DNA of 64,000 bases from an uncultured Pseudanabaenaceae cyanobacterium. GTDB taxonomy: Bacteria > Cyanobacteriota > Cyanobacteriia > PCC-9006 > JAAUQQ01. Under the pieces are notes generated by a model. It had not been told where the DNA came from. It saw only the letters and a program-made list of their open reading frames with translations, and ran no database searches. This document shows, in pieces, positions 50,609 to 60,600 of this stretch. The stretch covers positions 2,149 to 66,148 of the forward strand of contig CALIGI010000054.1 in the NCBI GenBank assembly GCA_938021205.1, read 5' to 3'. Position 1 is the first letter of the stretch. Each line of letters opens with the position of its first letter. The position numbers and the translations under genes were made by a program.

Positions 50609-51304
50609 CTAAGGTAGTAGCTTGATTTCAATGTTGAGGCTGCCTTGGAGGTCGCGCAGGTAGTTGAGCAGGGCATAGATAAAGGCAATCATGCCGCAGA
50701 TCTCGATCACTTCTTCCAAGGTTGCAATCATGGCGTAACCCAGGCTCTGTTGGTGCTGCCATTGGGCGTAGGCGCTGCCCACCATTTCCAGGCCAATGAC
50801 GCCAATGACAAAGAGGCCGAGGGAGCCAATAAACCATCGGCGTGCGGAGCGGTTGAGGTGTTTGCCGAAGCGCCAAAAGCGCCGGATGAACAAGCCCACC
50901 ACGATGATGCCGGGAATCACCCAGGTGGAATGGAGAAACCAAGGGAGTTGAAGCTCATCTGCTAAATCCGGCAGAATGAACAGCTCGTGAATGCCCACCA
51001 CCTCGTCGATCGCTAGCAGGTAGAAAATTCGCGAAAGCAGCCGCCAGTCACCACTGAAGCGGTCTTGGAGTTCTTGCTTGCGCTGAGCAATAATGCCCAG
51101 GAGAGCACCGCTGGCGCTCATCAGCGCTGCCTCGTACCAGGTGGGCAGGTTCATCTCCCGATCCATGTTGATCATGCGGGTCCAGTCTGCGCGATAGTCG
51201 TAGACGTACTTGCCGACTTGGACCGCACTGCTGGCGATCGCCAGGACCGTGAGAACCGCGAGTAAAATAATGACGAGGCGACGGAGAGAGAGTTGAACTT
51301 GCAC
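50609..51304 (-). CDS. Multi-pass membrane protein
   Basis: 6-7 TM segments; NLPTWY, IDEVVGIHE, TLEEVIE. Confidence 0.8.
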   Translation of the reverse strand: MQVQLSLRRLVIILLAVLTVLAIASSAVQVGKYVYDYRADWTRMINMDREMNLPTWYEAALMSASGALLGIIAQRKQELQDRFSGDWRLLSRIFYLLAIDEVVGIHELFILPDLADELQLPWFLHSTWVIPGIIVVGLFIRRFWRFGKHLNRSARRWFIGSLGLFVIGVIGLEMVGSAYAQWQHQQSLGYAMIATLEEVIEICGMIAFIYALLNYLRDLQGSLNIEIKLLP

Positions 51305-51458
51305 GCTGAGTGGAGGCGATTTAACACCCCTGATACGAAATTAAGAAGCTCTCATCATAGCGTTGTCGTTTGGTTCGGAGATGAATGGGAACTGAGTTTT
51401 CTGGGTTTGAAGGGCTACGACGAAAGGATTATGGTCGAACAAGGCAGGTTAAGGGAGC

Positions 51459-52238
51459 TTAGGCCCACCCCTTGAGACGGTAAACGAAGAGCCCGATATA
51501 TTCCTTGATGGCGCGACTGACAAACAGTAAATTCTCGGCTTCAGGCAAGAGGCTGATGAGGCGAGCGCGAGAGTTCTTGGGTTGCTCGGATTTGACAATG
51601 AGGAAGTCAGTGGCGGCAGGGGTTACATCCAGACCGAGCTTGCGGAAGATCCGCAGAGAGCGGGGCATGTGCATGGCAGAGGTGACGAGGAGAATGGTTT
51701 CTAGTCCTTCTTTCTCAAGGATGGTTTGGCTGTAGAGGGCATTTTCGCGGGTGTTGTGAGATTTGGGCTCTAGCAGGATCGCTTTGTCCGGGACACCCAT
51801 GAACTGAAGGAGTTGGGACATGTCTTCGGCTTCGGAGGTGGTGGCTCCGGCTAGGTGGATGCGGCCACCGCTGACGAGAATTTTTGGAGCTTTGCCTTGC
51901 TTGTAGAGTTGGGCGGCGTGGATGATGCGATCGCCCGCTTCCAGTACGTCTACGAAGGGGCGGGGTGAGATGGGGGAGCGGGTGGCACCGCCGAGGAGAA
52001 TGATGACGTCGGCGGTGGGGAGTTCGCCGGGGATGTTTTGTTGTTCGAGGTTGAGGACGAGGGCGTTGCGTAGGAGAGGGGTGCTACTGAGCCAGAGGAC
52101 TGCGATTGTGGAAGCAATGGCAATGCGGGCACGTCGGGGATGGTGCTTGAGCCAGTAGAGTGCGAGGCCCAGGAGGAGGAGGCTAAGGCCCAGGGGATAG
52201 ACGAGAAGTGGCAGAAATTTAGAGAGAAAGAAGAACAT
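51459..52238 (-). CDS. YdcF/ElyC (DUF218) family protein
   Basis: IILLGG, VSGG, EPKSHNTRENA, LVTSAMHMPRS, KEYIG. Confidence 0.92.
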   Translation of the reverse strand: MFFFLSKFLPLLVYPLGLSLLLLGLALYWLKHHPRRARIAIASTIAVLWLSSTPLLRNALVLNLEQQNIPGELPTADVIILLGGATRSPISPRPFVDVLEAGDRIIHAAQLYKQGKAPKILVSGGRIHLAGATTSEAEDMSQLLQFMGVPDKAILLEPKSHNTRENALYSQTILEKEGLETILLVTSAMHMPRSLRIFRKLGLDVTPAATDFLIVKSEQPKNSRARLISLLPEAENLLFVSRAIKEYIGLFVYRLKGWA

Positions 52239-52798
52239 TTAGGAATGGAAATTTAATATGACCTTTACCACCTGCATGACATGTCAGTCGTGAAATACCA
52301 TGCCATGTCAGCCAAAGTACCAGCCAAAGTACCAGCCAAGGCTGCTGTGATGAGAGGTTTTTTGAGAAAGGCATCTAGCTGGAGCAGGATGACCTATGGT
52401 AGTGTCGTCAAAATGAAAGAGATTCCGACGCTTCATTGCGGATCGAGGTTTCAAGTTTGGCGCTGGGCCGAATTCTCAAGCAACCTCTGAAGCCCATACT
52501 GTTAGGATAGTTGCTTGACGAACTGACGAGTGAGCGAGATCGCTTCTCTTGGAGATTTTGTCTTGCACGGCCAGCCGCACTATGGGGATGCTAACGGCCG
52601 CCGGAAACCATATTCGTGTAGCCCATTTGTTCGATGACTTTGCTAAAGATTATCTTAAATATTCAGCAGTCTTCAGCAATGTGCGCCTAACCTTTATTCA
52701 GGTAGATGGAATTCTACACCGAGTTAACCGAATGGTCTTTCCTTTCTGATGTGACCCATTCTGGTTCATTTTAGCTATGCCCTTTAGGGAAAAATCCT

Positions 52799-53782
52799 AT
52801 GATTCTTGTTGTTTCCAACCGAATGGTGAACGAAGGGGCGCAGGGGGGAAGTCTATTTCACAGCTGGGTTCAAGAACAAGAATTAGAGACTATACATTTC
52901 GCTGAAGCTCAGCGAGGTCAAGATGCCAGTGAGCTGTCAGAGACTCCTTCTCCATGGGAAGCCAATCTATTGAGTCATGTTGGAACGAAGTTGTCAGATA
53001 AAGATGAGAAGCAGAAATGGGTCTCTATTTTTAAAGAATGGCGTAAAAATGGTAAAAAGCGTCACTGGGTCTTGGCGATTCATGGTTATAGTCAGTCTTT
53101 TGAAGAAAACCTTAATGCTAGCCAGGATTTGAGCGATCTCCATGATGTGGAAGTTATCAACTTCTCCTGGCCTGCTGACCCTCCTGGGAGTGTGTTCAGT
53201 CACCAAGAAAGATATGAAAGCGCAAGGCTTGCTGCGAAGCAATCGGCTCCTGCCTTATTAAATTTCCTTACGACCCTTAGTCAGGCGCTCCAAGCGAGCG
53301 CCCAAGACGATGCTGGCAATTCTCCTATAAGTTGTACCCTCTTAGTCCATAGCCTAGGGAATTTCCTTCTGGAAAGTTTAGTTCGTCATCCTCAGTTTCA
53401 AGGGCAGACTCACTTCTTTGATACTGTTATTCTCCATCAAGCTGATGTGGATGAGCATACCCATATGGAATGGATCGAAAAACTACAACCTAGTCGCATT
53501 TATATCACCGTTAACAAGTTTGATAAGACTTTGAGAGTGTCTGATGTCATTAATAGTGATCGATTAGGTAACTTACTAAATAATCTAACGGCTAAGAGTC
53601 CTTTCTATCTCGATTTTACGAAAGGTGGAAAGGTCGCGATGGAGCATAATTTTTTCATCGGTGATCATGATAATGAGATGATTAAACATGTTTGCAAAGA
53701 GGTGTTGCAGGGGCGTCGAGGGGAGCAAGCTGCGGGCTACTTTGAGTACGATGAAGCGCATAATGTATGGCGATTTAAATAA
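52799..53782 (+). CDS. Alpha/beta hydrolase (DUF900-like)
   Basis: AIHGYS, FSWPA, VHSLGN nucleophile elbow. Confidence 0.82.
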   Translation: MILVVSNRMVNEGAQGGSLFHSWVQEQELETIHFAEAQRGQDASELSETPSPWEANLLSHVGTKLSDKDEKQKWVSIFKEWRKNGKKRHWVLAIHGYSQSFEENLNASQDLSDLHDVEVINFSWPADPPGSVFSHQERYESARLAAKQSAPALLNFLTTLSQALQASAQDDAGNSPISCTLLVHSLGNFLLESLVRHPQFQGQTHFFDTVILHQADVDEHTHMEWIEKLQPSRIYITVNKFDKTLRVSDVINSDRLGNLLNNLTAKSPFYLDFTKGGKVAMEHNFFIGDHDNEMIKHVCKEVLQGRRGEQAAGYFEYDEAHNVWRFK

Positions 53783-53834
53783 GCAGAGAGTCTATTCGAT
53801 GGATGAGATTCTGGTATGAATAAATTGCCGCTCC

Positions 53835-54800
53835 TTAGCCAAAAGACTTGAGAGCCTCAGTCAACAACCCATAGAACCCCTCTGCATTAATGCCGGTCGC
53901 TAAGTCAATCCGCCCTGGCAAATCTAGTTCCCCATCGTAGTCAATCACTAATCGCCCTTGGGTGAGGGGACTGGCAACTTCAATCGTGGCAGGAACAGAC
54001 TCGGTTACAAATAACTCGGGCTGGAGCAGGTAGGCGATGACGCAGGGGTCATGCAGGGGGGGACCGCTCAAGCCCATGTCTCGCTGTTCGCGCAGGCCGT
54101 AGTTGTCGAGCATAGTGGCAATGGTGTCGGCAATGGGGTTGTGGAGGTCGCGGAGGGCTTGACGGCGGGGGGGCGTGGCGATCGCCCGATGGGTCACATC
54201 TAAGGGAATTACGGTGACCGGAATCTCATACTCCGCAGCAGTCTGTAATACAACTTGAGCGGCATGGGGGTCCGCATAGAAGTTGAATTCGGCAGCACCA
54301 GAAACATTGCCAGCGCCTGCAGCTCCACCCATCATGACGATGCGTTCTAGCGTCTGGACCATTTGAGGGGCTTGGACAATTGCCGTTGCAATGTTGGTTA
54401 ATGGACCGAGGGTGGCGAGGGTGATTGGGGTTGTGCTCTGGAGTAAGCTGTCTCGTAGGAAGTCCACACCATGCTTTTGTTGTAAAGGCATCTGAGGTTT
54501 TGGGAACCTGATGCCACCCAGGCCATTCTCGCCATGGACATGGGCGGCGATGATGGGCTTGCGCACCATGGGGCGGGGGCAGCCAGGGAAGATTTTCAAT
54601 GCTGTGCGCTGGCCTAATTCACAGATGCTACGGGCATTGGTGCTGGTGGTTTCAATGCTGACGTTCCCGGCGACGGTCGTTATCCCCAGGATGTCGAGTT
54701 GGGGGGATGCCATGGCGAGGAGTAGGGCCACAGCATCATCAATGCCGGGGTCACAGTCGATGATGAGCGATTTTGATTTATGGGTTGGTAGTACATCCAT
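53835..54800 (-). CDS. Inosine-uridine-preferring nucleoside hydrolase
   Basis: DCDPGIDD, VAGN, LGPLTNIA, AEFNFYADP, LHDP. Confidence 0.94.
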   Translation of the reverse strand: MDVLPTHKSKSLIIDCDPGIDDAVALLLAMASPQLDILGITTVAGNVSIETTSTNARSICELGQRTALKIFPGCPRPMVRKPIIAAHVHGENGLGGIRFPKPQMPLQQKHGVDFLRDSLLQSTTPITLATLGPLTNIATAIVQAPQMVQTLERIVMMGGAAGAGNVSGAAEFNFYADPHAAQVVLQTAAEYEIPVTVIPLDVTHRAIATPPRRQALRDLHNPIADTIATMLDNYGLREQRDMGLSGPPLHDPCVIAYLLQPELFVTESVPATIEVASPLTQGRLVIDYDGELDLPGRIDLATGINAEGFYGLLTEALKSFG

Positions 54801-54928
54801 TTTGGAACCTCGACAGGGAATGAAGACAGCGGAGATGGCATGGCCTCTCCGTTGTCAGGGGTAGTACCCAGCAGTTGAACGTAATCTAGGCTCCGAGGGA
54901 GCATGGCGAGGGGACTAGACAAGGGAGA

Positions 54929-55864
54929 TTAATCATCGGCCTGGGCTGCATGTTGGCTGAGGAAGCCTTCCAGCTCGAAGTGATGGGGGATCGAGATTTG
55001 GGTGCCGGGACGTAGGGCGGTGAGGGCTCCGGCGGCGTTGCCCCATTGACAAGCTTCGAAGAAAGAACGGCCCTGGTAGAGGGCAGCGACCATGGCCCCA
55101 TTGAAGGCGTCTCCACAGGCGGTGGTGTCCAAGGCAGTGACTTTGTAAGGCGGGACGGCCATGGCGGCATTGGCTGTGGCACAGAAGGAGCCATGCTCGC
55201 CCAGGGTCACGACGACTTCGGGGATACCGCGCTTTTGGATGGCTTTGGCTGCGCTGAGAGCATCGCTGGGGCTAATGACAGGGAAGCCGCAGAGGCGACT
55301 GGCTTCGATTTGGTTGGGGGTGATGATGTCGACGAGGCCGAAGAGCTTTTCATTGGCGATCGCCTGGGCGGGGGCCGGGTCCAAAATCACCTTAACCCCC
55401 GCTTCCTTCGCCGCTTCAGCCGCAGCGGTGGCGGTTTTGAGGGGGATCTCCAACTGCAACATCAGATATTTGCTGTTGAGCAGCAGGGGCTTGAGGCGCT
55501 CTACGTCGTCTAGGCCCATGTTGCCATTGGCCCCGGTACTGAGAATGATGTGGTTCTCGCCTGAATCAGCTACGGCGACGATGGCCAGCCCAGTGGTGGC
55601 ATTGGTATCTAGCACAACACCATCGATGCCAATGCTCTCTTTTTCTAGGCTATCCAGCAGGGTGTTGCCGTAACTGTCATAGCCCACCCGACCCACCATT
55701 TGCACGGGGACGTTTTGGCGAGCAACGGCGATCGCTTGGTTACCGCCCTTGCCCCCGGCGAGTCGCTCGTAGTGTTTGCTGCGAACCGTTTCGCCGGGCA
55801 GAGGCAGCTTGACGACGCCCATGACCATATCCATGTTGAGACTGCCGAATACACAGATGGTCAT
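54929..55864 (-). CDS. rbsK: Ribokinase
   Basis: GSLNMD, GGKGGNQA, LQLEIP, TPNQIE, DTTACGDAFNG. Confidence 0.92.
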   Translation of the reverse strand: MTICVFGSLNMDMVMGVVKLPLPGETVRSKHYERLAGGKGGNQAIAVARQNVPVQMVGRVGYDSYGNTLLDSLEKESIGIDGVVLDTNATTGLAIVAVADSGENHIILSTGANGNMGLDDVERLKPLLLNSKYLMLQLEIPLKTATAAAEAAKEAGVKVILDPAPAQAIANEKLFGLVDIITPNQIEASRLCGFPVISPSDALSAAKAIQKRGIPEVVVTLGEHGSFCATANAAMAVPPYKVTALDTTACGDAFNGAMVAALYQGRSFFEACQWGNAAGALTALRPGTQISIPHHFELEGFLSQHAAQADD

Positions 55865-55882
55865 AGGAAGCGGGGATTAAAA

Positions 55883-56401
55883 CTACATGAATTTAGCAGC
55901 ATGGCCCATGATGTCGCCTAAATCCACATCGCCATCACCATCGCTATCCAAGAAGGCATTCAGCACAGGATTACCGGCAGAAGCTGCTTCGGCCTTGCTG
56001 GAACCCGTCTTGAGCAGGTTCAGCACCAGGGGGACAAGCACAGGCAGCATGGCGATGATGGCCTGGCTGTTCATGCCGGTCTTTTGCGAAACGGCATCGG
56101 CCACTTGGCCCTGCTGGCTCTGATTAAACAGCGCTTGCACCGCAGCTACATTGGGGTTGGTGCCTGCAAATTGATTGATCAGACCTTCCACTGCGGAGTT
56201 GCCTTGGGTCTGGCGCTTTTCCTTGAGGGAGGAGCGGACGAAGCCACCCACAGTGGACATGAGGGCTGGCGTGGCTGCGGCGTTGCCCCCCTGGCTCCCG
56301 GCAACTTGCTGAACAACATTGAGGATGTTGCCCACTTGGCTATTGCTGCCCTGAGTGCCGGGGTTGGCGATCGCTCCAGCGATGATGTCGAACATGCCCA
56401 T
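55883..56401 (-). CDS. DUF937-family protein with C-terminal DxDGDGD motif
   Basis: Helical G/Q/A-rich protein; LDSDGDGDVDLGD. Confidence 0.8.
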   Translation of the reverse strand: MGMFDIIAGAIANPGTQGSNSQVGNILNVVQQVAGSQGGNAAATPALMSTVGGFVRSSLKEKRQTQGNSAVEGLINQFAGTNPNVAAVQALFNQSQQGQVADAVSQKTGMNSQAIIAMLPVLVPLVLNLLKTGSSKAEAASAGNPVLNAFLDSDGDGDVDLGDIMGHAAKFM

Positions 56402-56492
56402 GGTTTTGCCCTTCTCTATTCTATGAATGAAATATTGGGTGGCCCTGAGTTTGGTAGCCATCAAGCTGGCCTTTTCCACGCTGTCCTGGCCC

Positions 56493-56641
56493 GAACTGCC
56501 CTCACCCCTAGCCCCTCTCCCTAGGGAGAGGGGGACAGAGAAAGAGCGGTGACCAAGGGTGGTACTTTGCCTCCGATCCCCCTTCTCCCTGAGGAGAAGG
56601 GGCTAGGGGATGAGGTCAGCTTTGGGGCTGTCAAACTCAAG
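56493..56641. mobile_element. MITE-like composite palindromic repeat, second near-complete copy
   Basis: Right end reverse complement CTTGAGTTTGACAGCCCCAAAGCTGACCTCATCCCCTAGCCCC closely matches 31317-31357. Confidence 0.6.
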
Positions 56642-56702
56642 ATTGTGTGGGGAGATTAGGCCCTACTGCGATTGCTTGTTCCCAAGCAACCTATTAAACA
56701 GC

Positions 56703-56728
56703 GGGGGAGCAAGATTGCTCTTGCCCCC
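56703..56728 (-). terminator. Hairpin downstream of the BON gene
   Basis: GGGGGAGCAAG ... CTTGCCCCC. Confidence 0.45.
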
Positions 56729-56760
56729 AATGCAATGCTGTTCTCAATTGTCCTGAGATG

Positions 56761-57102
56761 CTAACCCACCTTGACGGCGCTGGTGTCTACATCGGTGCAG
56801 CCTTTCACGCCTTTAGCGACGCTGACCATCTTGTCGAGGGTGCCTTGATCGGCAACTTCACCCTTGAGCACAACTTTGCTGCTGAGCTGAGCGACCCACA
56901 GACTGTCCTCATCATCGAGAGCAGCATCGTTGTCATAGGCGAGAGCGACGCGCTTGGCGAGACCGCTATCGTCAAATTCACCTTCTAGGCCCAGCTTGCA
57001 ATCGGCGATGTCGCCACCGTCGGGCGCTTTACCAACGGCCTTAGGGGAAACGGAAGCCGCAGCGGGCTTGTCCTTTTTGAACATTCTTTTTAACCAACCC
57101 AT
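56761..57102 (-). CDS. BON-domain protein
   Basis: GEFDDSGLAKRV, VVLKGEV, VKGCTDVD. Confidence 0.85.
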   Translation of the reverse strand: MGWLKRMFKKDKPAAASVSPKAVGKAPDGGDIADCKLGLEGEFDDSGLAKRVALAYDNDAALDDEDSLWVAQLSSKVVLKGEVADQGTLDKMVSVAKGVKGCTDVDTSAVKVG

Positions 57103-57628
57103 GGGATATCTCCTGAAAATTGATGGAAAGTTGGGTGGTGTGGGATACACCAGAGTTGCAGCGGCCATTAGCGGTTGAACCGTAATGGCGATCGCGCTAA
57201 GTCCTCACATTCAGATCAAACTGAGTGAGCACTCGCTAGCCACTGTAATGGCATAGATACATTCACACTAGCGGGGAGCGCTTGCGCTGTCGGTCATGAA
57301 AGTAACTTGATTTTTAGGGAGCTGATGACCTATTAAGGATGATTTAAGTCGCTGCTTACGTTTCTTTGCCTTCATCCTCTACTTTTGGGAAAATCTCCTG
57401 ATTTCTCATCTTTGTGTTGTGTGTTCAGATCTGTCCAGGTCTCTTCCAGCAAGAAAAAATAAAATTGCTTACATCACGCTTTACCAAAGATTGTTCTAAA
57501 ACGCTTTGGGCAGGTAGGGTCGCAAACTGAGGGATGAAATAGAACGAGAGGGGGAATACCATTCGTTGGAGGGTATCCAGGGGCCTGTATATAAGGCTTT
57601 CACAGACTTGAGGCGCTATTAAATTTGA

Positions 57629-57729
57629 AGGGCACCTCGATGAGTTCAAAATTCAAGATAATCACGAACGAGATTTTGGGCATTTTAGCCGCTGCATTCA
57701 GTAGATCAGGCAATTAATCAAGGTGCCCT
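57629..57729. mobile_element. 101-bp MITE with imperfect terminal inverted repeats and TGA target duplication
   Basis: Left AGGGCACCTCGATGAGTT vs right reverse complement AGGGCACCTTGATTAATT (15/18); TGA on both flanks. Confidence 0.6.
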
Positions 57730-58347
57730 TGAAGTAACCTGGCCGTTTTTGGGCTTTTTGAGCGCTCCAGCCGATTATTTAGATGGTGTCATAAATATTG
57801 TCATCTTCAGTTCTTTTTGATAAAGAGGGCTTGCCATTCAGCCATGAATTAGCCTCATTTATGCGGAAAGAGGGAGGAGCCATACCCCCCTCCCAGCGCA
57901 GAGTTCTCCCTCTCCTGGGTCTAGTCTACGGAGGGTGATTAGGTTAACAGATTTTAAAGGATTTGAGCTCTTCAAATAGGATCAAAATATCCACATTAAG
58001 CATTTGTATAGTCATCCCAGGAGAGCCAGAGTACTCCTGAAGAGATCATGGCTTATCTTAGATACCTAAAAATGCCTTGAGAGGAAATGCTTGCTTTCAA
58101 GAATATGGGTCTCAAAGAACTGCCGTGAAAACTGCCATGCCTCCCATCTAAGTGTATCCATTATGGGCAGCACATCACTAGGTGCAGCGAGCCTATATGG
58201 CAGTTTCTGAAGAGCCAGGAATATTGCTTTTATCACTCAAAAGAACTTGTGTGTTTGTTCTTTGAACTACTCATCTAGGGAACTTGTAAGCTTCTATAAT
58301 TGTCTTTTGATAGTATGATTTTAGTTGGTTAGGACGTTGGAATTTGC

Positions 58348-59196
58348 TTGTTATATTTTATGAATAAAATTGTCTTCCCGAAAAATAATTTTCTCAGAGT
58401 CTGGCTACTTTGGAGCATCTTTAAATGTCTTGCAAAGCCATTCTATGACTTTGTTGTGCCTGCTTCTTCTTGGATTGATCAACTGTTTTATTTTGTGATG
58501 GGGCAACTTACCAGCTTCCTCTATGGCTCAGTTTGGTCTGATTTTTGGTTGATCTCATATGGATCAATCGTCTTACATTTATATTTGATTGCAAACATTG
58601 TTTTTCCAGATGAATTTAATTCAGACAAGGCTCTCAATAAAAAAATAATTTCGTTCTTGTTTGCTCTATCACTGTTTACTATTTGGGCTGAGCCCTATGT
58701 TTCAGTGCAGCAACTTCCCATAACGCTTTATTTGGGGCCAGCATTGGCATTTTTGATTTTGTTTGATATCGCTTTTACTCTTTTGCGTTTTGTTCTTCAT
58801 CCCATACTTTTAAATTCCTTACAAAAAGAAAGAGATGCTGGTGAAGTGAAGCAGGAGTTGCTGGGGGATGCAAAATCAACTTCTATTCTCGCAGGCCTGA
58901 TGAGTTTTGTGCTGGCTGGTGCTGGCCAGATATACCTTGGCCAAACGAAAAAGGGAATTACTTTAATCTGTGTCTCATTGGCCTTAAGATACATATCCTC
59001 GCCTGAGATCTCGAACTTAGTCGTCCCCTCACCTAATAGGTTGATCATGCTAGCTTCTGGGATTTTTTGGGCGACTGATGCATTTATGCTGGCAAGACAA
59101 TCTCAGAATCAAAAGCCAAAAATCTGGGCCTTGGGAGTCAGTAAAATAGCTGCTATCTTGTATGGTGCATTTGTATTTATTCTTCTGCTAACCTAG
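58348..59196 (+). CDS. AT-rich multi-pass membrane protein
   Basis: 282-aa ORF, many TMs; C-terminal GAGQIYLGQTKKG motif; start TTG 58348 or ATG 58360. Confidence 0.75.
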   Translation: MLYFMNKIVFPKNNFLRVWLLWSIFKCLAKPFYDFVVPASSWIDQLFYFVMGQLTSFLYGSVWSDFWLISYGSIVLHLYLIANIVFPDEFNSDKALNKKIISFLFALSLFTIWAEPYVSVQQLPITLYLGPALAFLILFDIAFTLLRFVLHPILLNSLQKERDAGEVKQELLGDAKSTSILAGLMSFVLAGAGQIYLGQTKKGITLICVSLALRYISSPEISNLVVPSPNRLIMLASGIFWATDAFMLARQSQNQKPKIWALGVSKIAAILYGAFVFILLLT

Positions 59197-59382
59197 GTCC
59201 AGGTTTGTCAGAGCTCGTTTGGATGCTCTGCGATCGCACTTTCATTTTTGTCTAAAATTCAGTGCTCATACGACTGGATGTTGTGATTTATTTCCTTTGA
59301 GGAAAGCTTCGGAGGGACTGAGTAAAGTGTTGAATGCAACTTCACTCGTTCAAACCTTCCCAGTCACTGTATCCTGCCATCT

Positions 59383-60588
59383 ATGGCTCAGCACGATCCT
59401 CAGCATCACTATCCCAACGCCTATTCCCTGGCTCGAAAGCGTCGCCGTCGCCATGAGGGCGATCGCCTTTCCCAGCGCTGGACCCGTCGTGGCTTTCTGC
59501 TCCTGGGTGGTATTTTAATCGGACGTTTTTTTGCGCTGAGACCTAATCTTTGGCAAACGGACTGGTATGCCTTGGCAGAGGGTCTGACGGAGGGGTGGCC
59601 CCGCAGATTGCGGGAGCCCTTGCTGGCCAGTCTTCAGCAGCCTGGTCCTAAAATTCCACTGAGTGCCAATGCGTTGCAGGGAGAGCTGGGTCGCGAACAC
59701 TTTAATTCAGTTGCGGGAACATCTGTTTCATCCGCAGAGAAGATTGTGCCACCCCATGCTGGAGCTGAACCGGTGCAGTTTGCAGAGCTGGCGCAGGGGA
59801 GGCGAGCTTCCAGCCCAGTCAAGGTGGAACGCATTGCCATTAAAGGTATGCCCCTCTATCGCACCACTATTGATCTAACGGATCCCGACACCTTCATCAC
59901 TATGGGGTTGGCCAAGAATGCCACCCAGGCCAATAGTAATAAGCAGTCTGTTGGGGATGAAGAATTCTCTGGCTTTATCAAGCGCTATCCCGCCGCTGTG
60001 CTTGCTAATGCAACTTTCTTTAGCAAGGACCACCAGAAGCGAGTCATGGGTAACATGGTGGCGGAGGGTCGCTTCCTTAAATACAGCCGTTGGGAAAACT
60101 ACGGCACCACTCTGGGGTTACGGGAAGATCGCAAGCTGGAGATGGTTACGGCTCGCACCGATGGCAAACCCCATTGGCATGAGCATTGGTTTTCCCTGAC
60201 GGGGGGGCCGAGGTTGCTGCGGAAGGGCAAGTTTTGGATTGCGCCCAAGAGCGAAGGCTTTCGTGATCCCAGTGTTTTGGGTGTGGGCTCTAGGACGGCG
60301 ATCGGGTTTCCCAAGAATGGCGATAAGTTGATTTTGGCGACGTTCCTACACAGTATGACCCTGGAGCGAGAGGCCCATGCCATGAAGGACCTGGGCTGCT
60401 ACGAGGCGATGAATTTGGATGGGGGGACGTCGGGAGCCTTGGCCCATCGAGGTAAGGTGCTGTTGGATGCCAGTCGGCCTTTGACCAATGTTTTGGTGGT
60501 TTATGACAATAAGAACCCTGCGCCTCAGTCGGTGAAGGATTCCTGGTTGCGGTTTCAGGCGGGCGATCGGCCTAATCCGAAGACTTAA
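59383..60588 (+). CDS. Phosphodiester glycosidase (DUF2233) family protein
   Basis: NATFF, GGPRLL, RTAIG, AMNLDGGTS; TRRGFLL twin-arginine-like motif. Confidence 0.88.
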   Translation: MAQHDPQHHYPNAYSLARKRRRRHEGDRLSQRWTRRGFLLLGGILIGRFFALRPNLWQTDWYALAEGLTEGWPRRLREPLLASLQQPGPKIPLSANALQGELGREHFNSVAGTSVSSAEKIVPPHAGAEPVQFAELAQGRRASSPVKVERIAIKGMPLYRTTIDLTDPDTFITMGLAKNATQANSNKQSVGDEEFSGFIKRYPAAVLANATFFSKDHQKRVMGNMVAEGRFLKYSRWENYGTTLGLREDRKLEMVTARTDGKPHWHEHWFSLTGGPRLLRKGKFWIAPKSEGFRDPSVLGVGSRTAIGFPKNGDKLILATFLHSMTLEREAHAMKDLGCYEAMNLDGGTSGALAHRGKVLLDASRPLTNVLVVYDNKNPAPQSVKDSWLRFQAGDRPNPKT

Positions 60589-60600
60589 TCAAGAGCCTGT

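Noticed and set aside
52281-52749. Small ORFs 52281-52490 and 52549-52749
   Set aside because: One is driven by a 12-bp tandem repeat; the other lacks an RBS or motif, so it is unsupported though not excluded
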